DNA from: Candidatus Moraniibacteriota bacterium
GTDB lineage: Bacteria; Patescibacteriota; Minisyncoccia; Moranbacterales; UBA2206
Direction of reading: 5' to 3'
Length of the DNA stretch: 52,560 nt
Assembly: GCA_030679995.1 (NCBI GenBank)
Contig: JAUXSK010000009.1
Coordinates: forward strand, 1-52,560
Part shown: piece by piece, positions 30,721 to 40,656 of the stretch
How the letters are laid out: every line of letters starts with the position of its first letter
How positions within the stretch are numbered: position 1 is the first letter of the stretch
Made by a program: the position numbers and the translations under genes
The notes under the pieces: model-generated
Databases searched by the model: none
Seen by the model: only the letters and a program-made list of their open reading frames with translations
Told to the model about the DNA's origin: nothing

Positions 30721-31254
30721 ATGGCTTTTATTAAATTATTAAAAATATTATTTTTTGGTCCGAAGGTCACTGAATCGGAATCCGGATTGTCTGGACCCAA
30801 GGATCAAGAAATTCAAAATATCGGTGAAGAAATAAAGAAAGAGGTAGAACGTCTTTACGGCGGGCGTTCTTTACGTATCCGCGCCGTGGATGGCGGATCA
30901 ACCAATGCTGAGGAGATCGAACTGACCGCTTTGCTTAATGCCTACTATGATATCGACAGGTTTGGTTTGAGTTTTGTAGCTTCGCCACGTCATGCCGATA
31001 TGCTGTTCGTAACCGGACCGGTCACGAGAAACCTTGAGGCGGCAGTCAAGAAAACTTATCAGGCAGCCCCGGAGCCTTGCATCGTAGTTGCGATCGGGGA
31101 CGGAGCCTGTACGGGCGGCATCTGGAATGATTCGTACGCGGTAGTCGGATCTGTAGATAAAGTTATCCCGGTACATATCCGGATTCCAGGCGATCCGCCA
31201 ACCCCGACAGAAATCTTAAAGGGGGTGCTTGGCGCGCTTCGCGGTAAAAAATAA
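30721..31254 (+). CDS. NuoB/HycG/HyfI-like small subunit of an Ehr-type complex, lacking the Fe-S cysteines
   Basis: RSL.IR.VD.GS, YDIDRFG..FVASPRHAD, VTGPVTRN, IPGDPP. Confidence 0.92.
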   Translation: MAFIKLLKILFFGPKVTESESGLSGPKDQEIQNIGEEIKKEVERLYGGRSLRIRAVDGGSTNAEEIELTALLNAYYDIDRFGLSFVASPRHADMLFVTGPVTRNLEAAVKKTYQAAPEPCIVVAIGDGACTGGIWNDSYAVVGSVDKVIPVHIRIPGDPPTPTEILKGVLGALRGKK

Positions 31255-31265
31255 ATAGCAATACG

Positions 31266-33260
31266 ATGGAAAACTTTATTATTTATGGGGTTTATATTTA
31301 TTTGACTGGAATGCTGGTTTCGGCGGGTATGTCCCTTCTTAGGAATCATTTCCGTTTCGCAAACGCAATTCTGTTTTTATCCAATTTGGCCGGATTTTCA
31401 GCTATGGTCGCATATCTGGCGAATTTTCCCGGCAGGGAATTGGTGATTTTGCAGACTGGATTTTTTTTCGACTTGAAACTGTCGTTGGATTACCTGTCTT
31501 CGATTTTTTTACTTCTGACTAGCGGAATTTCCGGGCTAGTTGTCGTTTATAGCGCGGAATACCTCGATCGTTATCGGAAAACATATGATATCCAAAGCGT
31601 CCAATCGCTTATGGGAATTTTTATTTTTGGAATGGTCGGCGTCCTTTTGTCTGCCAATGTCGTCGGATTTATGGTTTTTTGGGAAATTATGTCGTTCGCT
31701 TCTTTTTTTCTGGTGATGTCCGATCGGACAAAAGAATCATTGCATGCCGCCTTTATTTATTTTGTGATGACCCACTTGGGGGCAGGAGCGATTTTAGGCG
31801 GATTTTTGATTTTAAGCGGAGGTTCGCTGGGTTTTGAAATCAGCGGAATCGCCGCCGCTTCGCGAAACATCCCGCCTGATTTTCTTACGGTAGCGTTCTT
31901 GCTGTTCTTTTTTGGGTTTGGATCCAAAGCGGGCCTTATCCCGTTCCATATCTGGCTGCCGGAAGCTCATCCGCAGGCACCGACGAATATTTCCGCCCTG
32001 ATGTCCGGATTGATGTTAAAAATAGCGGTGTATGGTTTTTTGAAAACCGTTATGATGTTTTTCCATATCCCGATCTGGGCGGCTTTGCTGGTAATATCGC
32101 TGGGAATCATTTCAGCGTTACTAGGTGCGTTGTATGCGGTCGTGGAGAAAGATATTAAAAAGGCTTTCGCTTATTCCAGTATTGAAAATATGGGTATTAT
32201 TTTTTTGATGCTAGGTATGGCGATGTGCGTTATGGCCAAAAGGACGGCTGGGGAAATCCCTTTGGCAGCTATCCTGCTTGTCACTTATGCGATTTTTCAC
32301 GCGATCAACCACGCCATATTCAAGACAGGCCTGTTTTTATCCAGCGGGGTCATTATTAATAGGACGCATTCCAAAAGTTTGGATATGATGGGCGGTCTTG
32401 CCAAGGCGATGCCGATCTTCTCCTTCATTTTCTTGATTATCATATTAGCTTCAGCTGCATTGCCTCCGTTCGGAACTTTTTATGGGGAATGGGGCTTTAT
32501 CCGGGCGCTTATTGATTTGTTGCAAATTTCCGGAACGAAATTCGCATCCGTTACCGTCTTCTTGACCGTCTTGGCGTTATTCGCCCTTGTGAGCGGACTG
32601 GCTACTTTCGCGATGATAAAAATCTATGCCATTTCTATGCTTGGCCTTCCGAAACTGGAAAGGCATTCCGACGAAAAGACAGACGACGGATTGTTCGTTA
32701 TTCCTTTGGCGGTTATCGGTTTTGTGATGGTCGCTCTGGGAATTTTCGCGAAAAATATCTTAGGCTGGCTTTCTGGCCATATCGGGGAAGTATTTTTCGG
32801 ATATGCGGGGGATATTCCGGATGTCCAAATATCATCAGCGCAGGTCTTTGTCATAGTTGCCGCTTTCCTGCTCTTATCCGCGGCCGTATATAAACTCCTA
32901 TCCGGCAATGGAAGAAAGGAACGGGAATATGATACTTGGAATTGCGGACAACCGATCGACGCCAGTATGGAATATACGGCAACCGCTTTCTCCGCCCCGA
33001 TACGGTTTTTCTTTCTGCCTCTTTTGCAGCGCAGAAAAACCATCATATCCGTACCGGTCGTAAATACGAATCCTTGGATCTCAAAGAAATCTTTTTCTTT
33101 AGACATCACTTCCGTTTGGTATGACAGGCTATATAAGCCGGCGGCAAAATATGTCTTCTGGCTGGCTGAAAAAGTGAGATTGGTCCATACTGGACGGATC
33201 CAATATTATCTATTGCTATTGCTTTCCGCCATAATTATCACATTAATGATAGCCCTATGA
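31266..33260 (+). CDS. hyfB: HyfB/HycC-like antiporter-type membrane subunit
   Basis: FWEIMS, KAGLIPFHIWLPEAHP.AP, AYSSIEN.G, NHAIFK, LPP..TF.GEW, WNCG, MEYTA..F. Confidence 0.92.
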   Translation: MENFIIYGVYIYLTGMLVSAGMSLLRNHFRFANAILFLSNLAGFSAMVAYLANFPGRELVILQTGFFFDLKLSLDYLSSIFLLLTSGISGLVVVYSAEYLDRYRKTYDIQSVQSLMGIFIFGMVGVLLSANVVGFMVFWEIMSFASFFLVMSDRTKESLHAAFIYFVMTHLGAGAILGGFLILSGGSLGFEISGIAAASRNIPPDFLTVAFLLFFFGFGSKAGLIPFHIWLPEAHPQAPTNISALMSGLMLKIAVYGFLKTVMMFFHIPIWAALLVISLGIISALLGALYAVVEKDIKKAFAYSSIENMGIIFLMLGMAMCVMAKRTAGEIPLAAILLVTYAIFHAINHAIFKTGLFLSSGVIINRTHSKSLDMMGGLAKAMPIFSFIFLIIILASAALPPFGTFYGEWGFIRALIDLLQISGTKFASVTVFLTVLALFALVSGLATFAMIKIYAISMLGLPKLERHSDEKTDDGLFVIPLAVIGFVMVALGIFAKNILGWLSGHIGEVFFGYAGDIPDVQISSAQVFVIVAAFLLLSAAVYKLLSGNGRKEREYDTWNCGQPIDASMEYTATAFSAPIRFFFLPLLQRRKTIISVPVVNTNPWISKKSFSLDITSVWYDRLYKPAAKYVFWLAEKVRLVHTGRIQYYLLLLLSAIIITLMIAL

Positions 33261-34849
33261 TGCAGATAACAAATATTATCATCCAATTTATTTTCGTTGC
33301 CGCGGTGGCGCCGTTCGCGGCTGGGTTCGTGCGTCTGGTAAAAGCCAGATTGCAAGGAAGAAAAGGAGCTTCGCCATTTTTGGAATACGCGGCTTTGGCG
33401 ACGTTATTGAAAAAGGAAATGGTCATTCCAAGTGCCAGCTCCTGGGTGTTCCGCCTGGTTCCGTTCGTCGTATTGGCTAGCTCGCTTTGCTTCGCGTTTC
33501 TGGTCCCGACAATTTTCCATCTCGGCAGCCTGGCGGGGATGAGTGATTTTTTGGTAATCGCGGGGATTCTGATGACTGGATCGGTTTTCTTGGTGTTAGG
33601 TGGTCTTGATCCGGGCAGCGCATTTGGCGGAATGGGGGCGAGCCGCGAAATGACCATCGCCGCTTTGCTTGAGCCGACGATGATTATGGTTTTCGCCGCA
33701 TTCGGATTCGTAACGAATTCATTTACGATCGACGGGATGATGGTCGAAGGCATCATTATGACTAACCCCTTCCTGCTTCTGTCCGTGGTCGGACTGGTTA
33801 TGCTGGCCTTAGGAGAGAACGCGCGTTATCCAGTGGATAATCCGGCGACCCATCTCGAATTGACTATGGTGCATGAAGCGATGATCCTTGAATATTCCGG
33901 TCCGTACCTGGCGATGTTGGAATATGCTTCAGCGATCAAATTGACAGTCTTCGCTTTCCTGGTCAGCAATCTGATTTTTCCTGGATCATTGCAAATTGCC
34001 GGAGCGGGAATTCCCGCTGTTATATCTGGTTTGTTATTGGCCGTGTTAAAAATCACGATCGTGATGGCTCTCTTGGCCCTGCTTGAATCGACGATTGTCA
34101 AGATGCGTTTCTATCGGATGCAGGAATATGTGTCAGTTTCTTTTTTCGCCGCTTTTTTCGGTATGGCGGCGGCCGTCCTGTCCCAGCAGGTCGATTTTCT
34201 AGTCAATTATACCGTTTTTTTCGTATCCCTCACAATCTTATTTACCGTTTTCGTTTTTGGAAACCTGAGGATTACGCCCGTTTTGCGTTATTATGTCTTT
34301 TCTTCTCTGGCCATTGCCGGCATTGCGGCTTCATTGGGATTTTCTGATATCGGGGAGGCAAAGCATATGTTTTTCTTCGCGCTGGTGACTGTGTTAGTGA
34401 AAGCCGTTTGCGTGCCGCTGGTCATTATGTATGCGGTCAACCGCTATGAGAAAATCAATCAATTCCAGACATTTTTACGGCCGGCTTCCAGTTATTTATT
34501 ATCCGGCGTGATCATCGCGATCGCATTTTTCGTAACAAGCCGGATTTCCTTGATCGAGGGGCCGGTCTGGCCGGGAATCTTGTTCGCGTCTATCGCGCTT
34601 ATAATGCTGGGCATTATGAAAATGGTCATTATGCGTAATATCTATTCTCAGATAATCGGACTTTTGGTTTTGGAAAACGGGCTGGCCTTATTCACTTTAG
34701 TCACCGTCAAGACGCTGCCTGTCGTAATCGAATTGGGGATTTTCGCGATTACGCTGGCCAGCGTGTTTATTTTGGCGAAATTAAGTACTAACATCAAGGA
34801 GTTGTATGGTTCGACGGATACCGAAGAACTGCGCAATTTAGTCGACTAA
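33257..34849 (+). CDS. hyfC: HyfC (NuoH-like) - HyfE (NuoK-like) fusion
   Basis: LQGRKG, GASRE, ENARYPVDNPATHLELTMVHEAMILEYSG, followed by a HyfE-like part with QIIGLLVLENG. Confidence 0.9.
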   Translation: MMQITNIIIQFIFVAAVAPFAAGFVRLVKARLQGRKGASPFLEYAALATLLKKEMVIPSASSWVFRLVPFVVLASSLCFAFLVPTIFHLGSLAGMSDFLVIAGILMTGSVFLVLGGLDPGSAFGGMGASREMTIAALLEPTMIMVFAAFGFVTNSFTIDGMMVEGIIMTNPFLLLSVVGLVMLALGENARYPVDNPATHLELTMVHEAMILEYSGPYLAMLEYASAIKLTVFAFLVSNLIFPGSLQIAGAGIPAVISGLLLAVLKITIVMALLALLESTIVKMRFYRMQEYVSVSFFAAFFGMAAAVLSQQVDFLVNYTVFFVSLTILFTVFVFGNLRITPVLRYYVFSSLAIAGIAASLGFSDIGEAKHMFFFALVTVLVKAVCVPLVIMYAVNRYEKINQFQTFLRPASSYLLSGVIIAIAFFVTSRISLIEGPVWPGILFASIALIMLGIMKMVIMRNIYSQIIGLLVLENGLALFTLVTVKTLPVVIELGIFAITLASVFILAKLSTNIKELYGSTDTEELRNLVD

Positions 34850-34853
34850 TCAT

Positions 34854-36308
34854 ATGATGGCGATAATCATAACAATTTTTCTATTTGGCGCGCTGTTGCC
34901 GCAATTTTTAAAAGACGAAAAGCACATCCGCCGGGGCGCCGTTTGGGCGGCGTCCGCTGGGGGATTGGCGGTCTCCGTTTTTGCTTTGCCGGTGCTTTTC
35001 GGGAAAGAACCGTCTTGGTCCGATAGTTGGTGGATGATCGATCCTTTCTCGGCATTGATGGCATCCCTGATAGTTTTCACCTATATGGCGGCGATAGTCG
35101 TAAGTTATCGGTATATCGGGCATGAATACCAAGATGGGATAGTGGGCGTTTCCCAAGTCAGGATGTATTTTTCCCTGATCAGTTTATTCGAGCTTTCAAT
35201 GTTAGCCGTAGTTTTTGCTGATAACGCGATGTTGATGTGGTTGTCGCTTGAAGGTACGACGCTCTTCTCGGCTTTCCTAGTCGGATTATATAAGAAGAAG
35301 ACCTCCGTCGAAGCGGCTTGGAAATATGTCATACTTTGTTCGACGGGCATCACGCTGGGACTTGCCGGCGTGTTATTGATGAATTACGCAGGTGATTCGC
35401 TTAATTTGGATGATAATTTTTTCTCGTTGCTGTTTCTAACTGAGAATGCCCATCTTCTTCCTCCGGAAATTATCAAGTGGGCTTTTGTGTTCCTATTTGT
35501 GGGTTTCGGCACCAAGGTCGGTTTGGTTCCGATGCACGCTTGGCTGCCGGATGCGCACAGCAAGGCGCCATCGCCGATTTCAGCCCTGTTTTCAGGAGTG
35601 TTATTGAATGTCGCCCTTTATGTCATTATTCGGTTCAAACATATCGCGGACAGCGCGCTGGGCGGTTCGGAGTGGACGAATGGGTTCTTCTTGGTCTTTG
35701 GTTTGCTATCGATCGCTTTGCCGGCTTTGGCGTTGCTTATCCAGGATAATTACAAGCGTATGCTGGCCTATTCCAGTATCGAACATATGGGATTGATGTC
35801 TTTGGCGATCGCTTTTTCCCCATTAGGTCTGGTAGCTGCGTTCATCCATATGATCGGGCATACGTTTACCAAGTCGGCTTTGTTTTTCGGAGCCGGCGAA
35901 TTTTTACTTAAATGGAAAACCACCAAAATCAGCAAAATCGGTTCCACGATTAACCATGCCCCGTATACCAGCGTGCTTTTTTTAGTCGGAATTTTGGCGA
36001 TTATCGCCGCTCCTCCGTCAGTGATTTTTTTTAGCGAATTCATTCTTTTCTCCCGGATGTTTTCCACACATTGGATTTTGGCGATCTGCACTTTGATCGC
36101 TATGAGTCTCGTCGCATTTTCAATGCTGCATCTGGCAATCAGGCTGGTTTTTGAAGGGGAGAGCGAGGAAAAAATGGAGAAAGAAAAATGGAACAGCACC
36201 CATACTGTCATATCGATCGAGTTGGTCTTGGCATTCGGACTGTCTTTCGTCCTGATTTCCCCGCCAGGCCTTGCCTTTATCGAGTCGCTGGTTAAAATCG
36301 TCAATTAA
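34854..36308 (+). CDS. hyfF: HyfF-like antiporter-type membrane subunit
   Basis: EGTTL, EAAWKY..LCS.G, GTKVGLVPMHAWLPDAHS.AP, KRMLAYSSIEHMG. Confidence 0.93.
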   Translation: MMAIIITIFLFGALLPQFLKDEKHIRRGAVWAASAGGLAVSVFALPVLFGKEPSWSDSWWMIDPFSALMASLIVFTYMAAIVVSYRYIGHEYQDGIVGVSQVRMYFSLISLFELSMLAVVFADNAMLMWLSLEGTTLFSAFLVGLYKKKTSVEAAWKYVILCSTGITLGLAGVLLMNYAGDSLNLDDNFFSLLFLTENAHLLPPEIIKWAFVFLFVGFGTKVGLVPMHAWLPDAHSKAPSPISALFSGVLLNVALYVIIRFKHIADSALGGSEWTNGFFLVFGLLSIALPALALLIQDNYKRMLAYSSIEHMGLMSLAIAFSPLGLVAAFIHMIGHTFTKSALFFGAGEFLLKWKTTKISKIGSTINHAPYTSVLFLVGILAIIAAPPSVIFFSEFILFSRMFSTHWILAICTLIAMSLVAFSMLHLAIRLVFEGESEEKMEKEKWNSTHTVISIELVLAFGLSFVLISPPGLAFIESLVKIVN

Positions 36309-36319
36309 ATTATATTCGT

Positions 36320-37879
36320 ATGAAAACAATCGAAATAATCGCCCGGTTTCCCAATTTGAAATTATCAAAGAATGCTGGCGGCATCATCGAAGCTTCCGCT
36401 GATCGCGATGATATCGCCGCCATCGCCACCGCGCTTGTGCAGGATCACAAGTTGCCATTGTCGCTGATGTTCGGAACCGATGACCGGGAAGAAAAAAAAT
36501 CCTTCGGCGTGCATACGGTTTTTTCCAATGATGCGGAACATGAGCGATTGGTCGTTTCGATCGAAGTGCCGGAGCAGGACGCGCAATATCCTTCGATTAC
36601 CGCTACGGTTATGGCGGCGCATTGGTATGAAAGATATCTGCGCGATATGTTCGGTATCGAACCGAAAGGCCATCCTGATTTGCGAAGGCTGGTACATCAT
36701 GAAAATGTTCCGGAGAATATATTCCCTTTGCGCAAAGATTTTGCCTGGAACGCGAAAATGGAATATGCGAATGTCGCGTATCCGATGCATCATGTCGCGG
36801 GAGAGGGGATATATGAAATCCCAGTCGGGCCGATCCATGCCGGCATTATCGAGCCTGGCCATTTCCGCTTCAATGTGGCCGGGGAGCGGATAATCACTTT
36901 GGAGGGGAAGCTGTTTTTTACGCATAAGGGGGTGGAGAAAATACTGGAAGGCAAAACCGTGGTTGAGGCGCTGCCTTTTATCGAACGGATTTCCGGCGAT
37001 ATGTCGTCCGCGCATGCCTTGGCGTTCGCCCAGTCGATCGAGGTTATTTCCGGATGTGAAATTCCGAGGCGGGCGAAAATGTTACGGACTTTGCTGCTTG
37101 AGTTGGAAAGAATGACGATGCATGTGCATGATTTGGGGAATATCGGCGGGATGGGGACGGGTTATAGTTTCATAGCGGCTAATTGTTTCAGGATCAAGGA
37201 ACGTCTGATGCGGCTCTCTGAAAAAATGACGGGAAACCGTTTTTGGCGGGGCGTAATCGTTCCAGGAGGGGTAGATAAGGACTTTGCTGCGGATGAATTG
37301 ATACACACCTGGTCGGTAGTAAAAAACGCCTATCAGGAAACGATGGAAATTATAAATACGGCTCTGGGGTCGGAAGGTTTTTTGGAACGTCTGCAAACGA
37401 CAGGCGTCTTGCCCAAGGAAGCGGCGGAGGCTTTCGGCGCGGTCGGCGTCGCAGCGCGCGCATCCGGAATTGATCGGGATGCGCGGCGGGATTATCCGTA
37501 CGCGGCTTATGCCGAATTCCCGGTGCCAGTCGTTATTGAATCGACGGGCGATGTGTATGCCAGATACAAAGTTCGAATCGAGGAATTAAAACAGTCTGTC
37601 GCTTTGGTTGAAAAGATAATTTCAAACTTGGAAGAAGGGGCGATTATGGTTGGATATGCGGTCAAAGACGGTTTTGGGCTGGGCTCGGTAGAATCATGGC
37701 GGGGAGAAATCTTATGCGCGGTCAGAATCAAAGATGGAAAGATAGACAGATGCTTCCCGCGTGATCCGTCTTTTTGCAATTGGGCGCTGTTCGGCATAAT
37801 CGGACCGGGCAATATCGTGCCGGATTTCCCGCTTTGCAATAAGTCGCTCAATCTGAGTTATTCAGGAACTGATCTGTAA
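36320..37879 (+). CDS. hyfG: HyfG/HycE-like (NuoC+NuoD) large subunit without NiFe-binding cysteines (Ehr type)
   Basis: WYER...DMFG, GPIHAGIIEPGHFRF, HKGVEK, ERISGD, DPSF.NW, PDFPLCNKSLNLSYSGTDL. Confidence 0.93.
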   Translation: MKTIEIIARFPNLKLSKNAGGIIEASADRDDIAAIATALVQDHKLPLSLMFGTDDREEKKSFGVHTVFSNDAEHERLVVSIEVPEQDAQYPSITATVMAAHWYERYLRDMFGIEPKGHPDLRRLVHHENVPENIFPLRKDFAWNAKMEYANVAYPMHHVAGEGIYEIPVGPIHAGIIEPGHFRFNVAGERIITLEGKLFFTHKGVEKILEGKTVVEALPFIERISGDMSSAHALAFAQSIEVISGCEIPRRAKMLRTLLLELERMTMHVHDLGNIGGMGTGYSFIAANCFRIKERLMRLSEKMTGNRFWRGVIVPGGVDKDFAADELIHTWSVVKNAYQETMEIINTALGSEGFLERLQTTGVLPKEAAEAFGAVGVAARASGIDRDARRDYPYAAYAEFPVPVVIESTGDVYARYKVRIEELKQSVALVEKIISNLEEGAIMVGYAVKDGFGLGSVESWRGEILCAVRIKDGKIDRCFPRDPSFCNWALFGIIGPGNIVPDFPLCNKSLNLSYSGTDL

Positions 37880-37969
37880 ATTTTTGTAAAGATATTAGAT
37901 TTTTTGATAGTATTATACTTTTAACAGCTATTTTTTTATCCAATTTCATTATTTTCTGGAGGTGTACGC

Positions 37970-38523
37970 ATGTTTAATGCGGTTTTAACGTTAGAGGAAT
38001 ACAGATTGAAAAGCCGATTAAAAAAATAGGTATCCTCCGCAGGTTTAAAAACGGAGAGCTTAAGGGCTTAACCAATAATGGCGGCGTGGCTATCGTGTGT
38101 GGAGACGGTGATATCGATGTTATGGTCCATCATATGCGGGAAATAAGCCACCGTCCGCATTGTAAGTCTGATTTTGGCGGAGTATTACAACTCATTCAGA
38201 GTTTCAGGGGTTTTGATTGGTGATATGCCGCTTGTATGGCAGAAAATATAAAATTCGGTTTTTTCGCAAAGCGAACCAAAACCGTTTTTGCTTATTTTCA
38301 CTATCCTTGCGGAGCTGCTATCCATTATAAACATTCCTTCACGGATATCCTAAAAATAATGGCAGATTCTCCGGAAGTTCTTAAATTGTTGTACAATTTC
38401 GAGAAAATCTACGTCTTTTTATATGTAAGGCGTCTCAATAAAAATAATGAGGAAAGGCAGAATACATATCTTGTAGAAGCGGATATGTTGAAAAAAATCA
38501 TTCAAGACGGAAGATCGGGCTAG
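37970..38523 (+). pseudogene. Disrupted beta-carbonic-anhydrase-like gene (frameshift at A7 run 38020-38026, in-frame TGA 38221-38223)
   Basis: GGAGGTG SD and ATG 37970; rejoined frame gives IVCGDG...FGG...FHYPCGAA (CxD and HxxC zinc-ligand pattern). Confidence 0.6.
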
Positions 38524-38533
38524 ATTTAAGTGT

Positions 38534-38568
38534 AAAAAGGGAACTCATCGAGTTCCCTTTATTTTTTT
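38534..38568 (+). terminator. Intrinsic terminator
   Basis: AAAGGGAACTC-ATC-GAGTTCCCTTT plus T run. Confidence 0.85.
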
Positions 38569-38628
38569 AAGAAAAAGGCTATTTTGTGTGGTATAATAGA
38601 TGCAAAGCGTAATAACTAAAAAAACAAA

Positions 38629-39579
38629 ATGGAAAAGATGAAAAAAATAATCGTCGGCGCAGCTATTTTTATAGTCCTCCTGGCCGTGGTCGTAACGGTC
38701 TTGGGCGTAGCTAGGAAAAATACGCCGGGCGCAAATGATATGATGTGGAATGGAGCCGGGATGCTAGATGGCGGTTTTTCTTCCCCTTCAAGCGGTTCTG
38801 TGGCACCGATGCAAAAGGCGTTGCCTGAATCGGCTGGCATAAGATCGTCAGAACAGATGATGCTTGGCGCTGTTTCAGACAGTAGTTTGCCGGTGAATGA
38901 CAGAAAAGTCGTCAAGACAGGCGATTTGAATCTGAAAGTGGATGACGCTGACAGTGCGGCGGAAAAAATCACGCAAATCGCGAAAGGTAATGGCGGTGAT
39001 GTCCAGAACTCCAATTTTTATCAGAACGCTAAAAATATCAAAAGTGGAACGATAACGGTGAAAGTGCCGGTGGATAATTTTGAAAAGTCCTTTAATGAAA
39101 TCAAGGACATCGCGACATTGGTGGTACGCGAATCAGTTTCCGGACAGGATGTGACGGAGGAATATAGCGACCTGCAGGCGCAACTTAAAAACAAGCAAGC
39201 TGAAGAACAATCATTTTTAAAGATCCTGGATATGTCCGGTAAAATCAGCGATATTCTGGATGTGACCCGGGAACTTTCCAGGGTCAGGGGTGAAATCGAG
39301 ATGTTGCAGGGCCGCCTGAAATTTATGGACTCGCAAACGGATATGTCGTCCATAACTGCCAGTCTGACCGAGGATGCGGAAATAACCTTTTCGGATACTT
39401 GGCGTCCTTGGCAAGTGGTCAAGGAAACTTTCAACGCACTGTTCAAAGATATGCAGGGATTGATAAATTTCGCTATCGTCTTGGTCATTCGCATCATACC
39501 GGTCTTGGTCTTGTATGCGCTGGTTTTCATCTTGTTGTTTTTGGCTGGCCGGAAAATATACTCTAAAATAAAAAAATAA
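38629..39579 (+). CDS. DUF4349 domain membrane protein
   Basis: RKVVKTG.L.L.V, DVTEEYSDL.A.L.N, EL.RVRGEIE, C-terminal TM. Confidence 0.88.
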   Translation: MEKMKKIIVGAAIFIVLLAVVVTVLGVARKNTPGANDMMWNGAGMLDGGFSSPSSGSVAPMQKALPESAGIRSSEQMMLGAVSDSSLPVNDRKVVKTGDLNLKVDDADSAAEKITQIAKGNGGDVQNSNFYQNAKNIKSGTITVKVPVDNFEKSFNEIKDIATLVVRESVSGQDVTEEYSDLQAQLKNKQAEEQSFLKILDMSGKISDILDVTRELSRVRGEIEMLQGRLKFMDSQTDMSSITASLTEDAEITFSDTWRPWQVVKETFNALFKDMQGLINFAIVLVIRIIPVLVLYALVFILLFLAGRKIYSKIKK

Positions 39580-39631
39580 AAAATATCTGATAATCTGGGC
39601 TAGGCATAGTTAAATTATTTAATCTAAAAAT

Positions 39632-40444
39632 ATGTCAGAAGAAAGATTTTATTCCCCGGATATAATAAAAAAAAATAAGAAGACGCGGGAGAGGGTCGAT
39701 AATCTTCGGAAATCGGACAGTATCGATGATGATTCCGTGTATGATTTGGCGAAAGCGGAGAATAAGTTCAGGGAGGAATATAAGCGGGATGGATTGCTGG
39801 AAGATTGTCTTGAAAAGTATGCCGATAAATTCACTACCCTTAATTTGGAAAAATTTGAAGCGCAAAAATCGAATTGGATCGACGGCTTGACCGGTCTTAG
39901 GAATAAAAAGGCGCTTTATGGGGAAATGCCATGTCTTCTGGGTTTGGCAAAGCGCAATAATCACGATTGCTCGGTCCTTATGATAGATATGGATTTTTTT
40001 AAGCGGGTTAATGATGAATATGGACATTTGGCCGGGGATCAGACGCTTAAAATAGTGGCGGATATCATCCGGAACTCAGTCCGGGAGTCGGATTTGTTAT
40101 ACCGTTTCGGCGGAGAGGAATTCGTAGTTGCGCTTTATGACACTGATAGTCGACTATCCCAAACGATTGCGGAAAAAATCAGGAAAAATGTTGAGAAATC
40201 CGGCATTGTCGTGCTCGATGATCAGGACAACCAGCAAGCGTTTAAAAAAACCGTAAGCATCGGTTGTGTCGGAACGGATCAACTTAAGACCTGGGAATCC
40301 ACTATGGAAGATAATATTGACGATATTTTGGAGGATTTGATCCAAAAAGCTGACATTTCTTTATACCGAGCTAAAAATACCGGCAGAAATAAGGCGGTCG
40401 TGTATGAACCCAATAATGATAAGATAATTTTTGAGAAAGTTTGA
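39632..40444 (+). CDS. Diguanylate cyclase (GGDEF domain)
   Basis: DGLTGL.N, DMDFFKRVNDEYGH..GD, RESD I-site, RFGGEEF, AD..LY.AK..GRN. Confidence 0.95.
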   Translation: MSEERFYSPDIIKKNKKTRERVDNLRKSDSIDDDSVYDLAKAENKFREEYKRDGLLEDCLEKYADKFTTLNLEKFEAQKSNWIDGLTGLRNKKALYGEMPCLLGLAKRNNHDCSVLMIDMDFFKRVNDEYGHLAGDQTLKIVADIIRNSVRESDLLYRFGGEEFVVALYDTDSRLSQTIAEKIRKNVEKSGIVVLDDQDNQQAFKKTVSIGCVGTDQLKTWESTMEDNIDDILEDLIQKADISLYRAKNTGRNKAVVYEPNNDKIIFEKV

Positions 40445-40656
40445 TTTTTAGAAGATCGGCTGTGGAGCACCTAATGGTAGTGTCGTTTTGTCGACTTTAT
40501 TCTTATCAGTCTTTTTGGGCCATTGTTCGGCGCAGCAAGGCTTTTTTCAAAAAAAGAAATGGACGGCGAGCATACCAGGCTGGGATTTTCGGCTTTTTTG
40601 TTTTCTTGAAAAAAAAGCCAAAATAGGCTAAAGTAGGGTAATAAGGCAAAAAACAT

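Noticed and set aside
36320..37879. Functional NiFe hydrogenase or formate hydrogenlyase
   Set aside because: Both CxxC nickel-binding motifs are absent, and there are no maturation or formate dehydrogenase genes in the window
38221..38223. TGA recoded as Gly (code 25) or selenocysteine
   Set aside because: TGA ends normal genes here (e.g. recO, yvcK), long genes contain no internal TGA, and the same gene also has a frameshift
40445..40656. T-box upstream of leuS (argS and metG also checked)
   Set aside because: No GGTGGNACC motif or antiterminator/terminator pair
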